This document shows, piece by piece, positions 61,261 to 64,000 of a stretch of DNA of 64,000 nt. The translations under genes were made by a program, and so were the position numbers. Source of the DNA: Gemmatimonadota bacterium (GTDB taxonomy: Bacteria; JBHIER01; G020348925); assembly GCA_020348925.1 (NCBI GenBank), contig CP070758.1:3921688-3985687 (forward strand), in the 5' to 3' direction. Positions within the stretch are counted from its first letter, which is position 1. Every line of letters starts with the position of its first letter. A model generated the notes under the pieces. That model ran no database searches and was not told the origin of the DNA. It saw only the letters and a program-made list of their open reading frames with translations.

Positions 61261-61290
61261 AAAAAACAGGACAGACTCGAAAGTCTGTCC
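61261..61290 (-). terminator. Rho-independent terminator between rmuC and pcrA
   Basis: GGACAGACT-TTCG-AGTCTGTCC then TGTTTTTT on the minus strand. Confidence 0.7.
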
Positions 61291-61347
61291 CGCTGTCTTT
61301 CGCATTGTGACGTTTAAAATAACCTGTCCGAATCACAATGTCAATTG

Positions 61348-62424
61348 CTATTGATTCTCTTCTGAATTTTCCGAAAGAAGAGCCACCGCTTCCCCCTCCA
61401 ACCTTGGGTGCTCGGAGGCTTTGAGTCGACTTGTATCCTCAATCTTGGAAAACAACCGCTCATAATCCGTGCACACGCGATCGATGGCATTCTTGGCGTG
61501 CGTCAGATGAGTATTGAGAACGCCCAGGCTCTCGCGAAATTTCGTCGAATCGTTCCGGATAGTACTGAGAGCCTCGAGAATGCGCTGGCTCGTCTCCTCG
61601 ATCTTCTTTCCCTCAAGACCCAGCATTATGACCCGGAGAAAATAGTAAAAGCTGTTGGGTGAAACGAGAAGGACTTTCTTATCATGAGCGTATGTATTGA
61701 GATTGGCGTTGTGCATCACGATCTCATAGTAGATGGCCTCGGCCGGAACGTACATGACGGCAAAGTCAACCGTTCCCTCTTGGGGCAGGATATACTTCCG
61801 ACCGATTGTGTCGATGTGTTTCTTCACGTCCCGTACAAAATCTTTCGTCACCCGCTCCCTCTCATCCTCGGATTCTGACTGCACAATTCGCCGAAAGTTC
61901 TCCATGGGAAATTTGGCATCGATGGGGATAAGACCTTTATCGGTAATAACAGCGGCGTCCACAACCTCGCCTGCCTTGAATCGATGCTGAATCCGGAAAT
62001 TCTCCTTGGGCAGTATCTGTTCGAGGAGATCCCTCAGGACCTGTTCACCGATATTGCCTCTCAGTTTTGGTGAACGGAGGAAGTCTTGAAAATCTTTCAT
62101 GGTCCGCCCGATCTCCTGGACGTGCCCCAGCTCTTTGTTTACTGCGCTGATGACTTTGGCGGCATTGTCCAAGCGTTCGCCGATAACTTTGTGTGTCCGG
62201 TCCAACTGTTCCGTAAATGTAGCCCGATTCTTGTCCAGACTGCCCCGCATATCTTTCAGCCACTCGGTGATCACCTGAAACGTCTGATCCTTCCCCTGCC
62301 GCTCCTGGAATTCCTGCCAGCGCCGTTCCTGCCGTCTCATGAAGACCCACAGTCCTGCGAGGAATACAAGAACCAACACACCCAACACCACAATGATAAT
62401 GACATCCATCGATGCTGACTCCAA
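61348..62424 (-). CDS. rmuC: DNA recombination protein RmuC
   Basis: N-terminal TM + coiled coil, PKLRGNIGE..L, IPIDAKFP, KYI.P.EGT.DFA.MY.P.E, VSP. Confidence 0.92.
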   Translation of the reverse strand: MESASMDVIIIVVLGVLVLVFLAGLWVFMRRQERRWQEFQERQGKDQTFQVITEWLKDMRGSLDKNRATFTEQLDRTHKVIGERLDNAAKVISAVNKELGHVQEIGRTMKDFQDFLRSPKLRGNIGEQVLRDLLEQILPKENFRIQHRFKAGEVVDAAVITDKGLIPIDAKFPMENFRRIVQSESEDERERVTKDFVRDVKKHIDTIGRKYILPQEGTVDFAVMYVPAEAIYYEIVMHNANLNTYAHDKKVLLVSPNSFYYFLRVIMLGLEGKKIEETSQRILEALSTIRNDSTKFRESLGVLNTHLTHAKNAIDRVCTDYERLFSKIEDTSRLKASEHPRLEGEAVALLSENSEENQ

Positions 62425-62554
62425 CTCAACTATGCCCTAATATCTTATTCACCGCATTCCGTATCGCAATCATAACTCATACAATAATAACGTCTCTGAC
62501 CTTGAAGAGCAACAGATTTCACTCACCTTCAAAACTGGGAGCGACGGAGGAACA

Positions 62555-64000
62555 TCAACTGCTGGCCGTGGCCGGGCAAATGTTGGAATAGGCACAGTAC
62601 CTACAGTTGTTAAAGTCCGGTTTCGCCGTATAGTCTCTGGCCCGGATACCTTGGGCCGCTTGACAGATCTTCTCAATGGTTCGCTCCAACCTTTTTTCTG
62701 ATGGTTGAGCCCTCCCGACCAATCCAGAGTCCAAAAAGTGGAGTTCAACCAGATCAGGCACCCTGTCATGATTTTCCTGATAGGCTATGGCGTAGATGGC
62801 CAGTTGGAGGCTTTTCCTGGCCTTTTCGTCGGCCTTCTCCTGTTCCCTTACCTCGGATGATTTAAAATCGATAATAATTACCTGGTCCTCCCGAACATCG
62901 ACCCGATCCCAACGGCCGACGACCCTGTTGCTCCCCAGGTGAAAGCTGAACTCCTCCTCGACATATGTTGGAATAACACCAGATCGCTCCTGCTCCTCGA
63001 AGAAATTGATCAAGGCCCGGCGCCCCGCTGCCAGTCTGCGCTCCTCATGCTCCCGCGTCAGAAAGCCCTCGCTCATCCAAGACCGCTCGAAAACGGTGAT
63101 CACCTCCTCAGCAGTGACCGGTCTACCGTTCAACTTCCGGCGGTGATACTCTTTGATCGCTTCATGGATAGCCCGGCCATAGACGACAGAGTGGTGGGGC
63201 AGAATGGGGACTCTGAGGATGTGGATGTACTTGTACTTCAGAGGACAGGTGATATAGTCGTCGATTTGAAAATGGCTCAGATTGAGGACCTGGTCATCAG
63301 GGATGGCGCCAGCCTCATCGGGAGAGCTCTCTTGAGGAGGAGCGTGTCGCTGGATCGCCTCCAGGGCGGAGGTGCGGAGGTACTCCTCGTCTGCACGCGG
63401 TTTGTCCATGGCCTCCATGACGAATTGGCTCACCTTCCGCTGACGGACGCTCCCGTAGTCCCGTCCGCTTGTGAGGTACAGCTCCTTCTGGGCCCGCGTC
63501 ATGCCGACATAGAAGAGCCGGCGCTCCTCCTGAAGGTGCACATCACCCTCGGGTAGAAGTTCTTTGATCAAGGGATCCGGCAATGCGATGGGTTCACTCC
63601 GCCTGCGAACAGGAAACCGATCATGGACCAAACTGACTAAAAAGACCACCGGAAACTCCAACCCCTTGGCTTTATGAACTGTGAGCACGTGGACCGCATC
63701 GGTGTCTGGATCGGATTCGGCAGTGGCCGGATCATCGCCTGCTTCGATAAGGAGATCGAGATGGCTGACGAATTGGAGCACACGGTCTTCCGCAGTTAAG
63801 TTGGAAAAATTGCCCACGACATCGAAGAACCTGGCGATATTCCGAATCTTCTGCTCGGCAATCACGGTCCCGGCGTGAGTCAACCGTTTCAAATAGCCAC
63901 TCTCTGTCAGAAATTGGTACAATACGACGCCGGTTTGGTGGTCCCGGGAGCGGTCGACAAATTTTTTTATGTCGGAGAGGATCTTCCCTATCGTTGCCCT
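62555..64000 (-). CDS. UvrD-like helicase fused to a PD-(D/E)XK nuclease with Fe-S cysteines (AdnAB/AddA-like), 5' end outside window
   Basis: TVHKAKGLEF, EERRLFYVGMTRA, Y..CP, GRWDRVD, IIDFKS, QLAIYA, CRYCAY..IC; frame open to the window edge. Confidence 0.92.
   Translation of the reverse strand, partial: RATIGKILSDIKKFVDRSRDHQTGVVLYQFLTESGYLKRLTHAGTVIAEQKIRNIARFFDVVGNFSNLTAEDRVLQFVSHLDLLIEAGDDPATAESDPDTDAVHVLTVHKAKGLEFPVVFLVSLVHDRFPVRRRSEPIALPDPLIKELLPEGDVHLQEERRLFYVGMTRAQKELYLTSGRDYGSVRQRKVSQFVMEAMDKPRADEEYLRTSALEAIQRHAPPQESSPDEAGAIPDDQVLNLSHFQIDDYITCPLKYKYIHILRVPILPHHSVVYGRAIHEAIKEYHRRKLNGRPVTAEEVITVFERSWMSEGFLTREHEERRLAAGRRALINFFEEQERSGVIPTYVEEEFSFHLGSNRVVGRWDRVDVREDQVIIIDFKSSEVREQEKADEKARKSLQLAIYAIAYQENHDRVPDLVELHFLDSGLVGRAQPSEKRLERTIEKICQAAQGIRARDYTAKPDFNNCRYCAYSNICPATASS

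Overview
Bacterial chromosomal window from a diderm (LPS-making), probably anaerobic organism. The gene content would fit a deep-branching FCB-type lineage, but that is inference only. It holds about 60 CDS and no rRNA, tRNA, CRISPR array, transposase or integrase that I can recognise. A 100-N gap at 27694-27793 splits it into two blocks and truncates a gene on each side. Left block, mostly + strand: cvpA-mutS2-dnaG, a DASS transporter, bifunctional FBP aldolase/phosphatase, a stand-alone CHAT-like protein, a radical SAM enzyme, diaminopropionate ammonia-lyase, an M16 peptidase pair, a membrane-anchored reductive-dehalogenase-like protein, suhB, ttcA and AlaX. Right block: a 16-kb minus-strand cluster kdsB-pyrG-kdsA-kdsD-lptC-lptB-rpoN-hprK-EIIA-EIIB-MCE-(eroded BNR/dockerin gene)-EIIC-EIID-ptsH-ptsI-HIT-ychF; an accessory run of small enzymes separated by palindromic repeats; then fabH, pcrA, rmuC and a partial UvrD-nuclease fusion. 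Best leads: the reductive-dehalogenase-like protein with a built-in TM anchor; a LolA-like domain fused once to an M16 peptidase and once to an apparently exported O-methyltransferase; and the LPS/sigma54/mannose-PTS cluster, which lacks lptA, carries an MCE gene and a dockerin fossil, and has atypical pyrG and kdsA. All calls are by-eye motif recognition; no searches were run.
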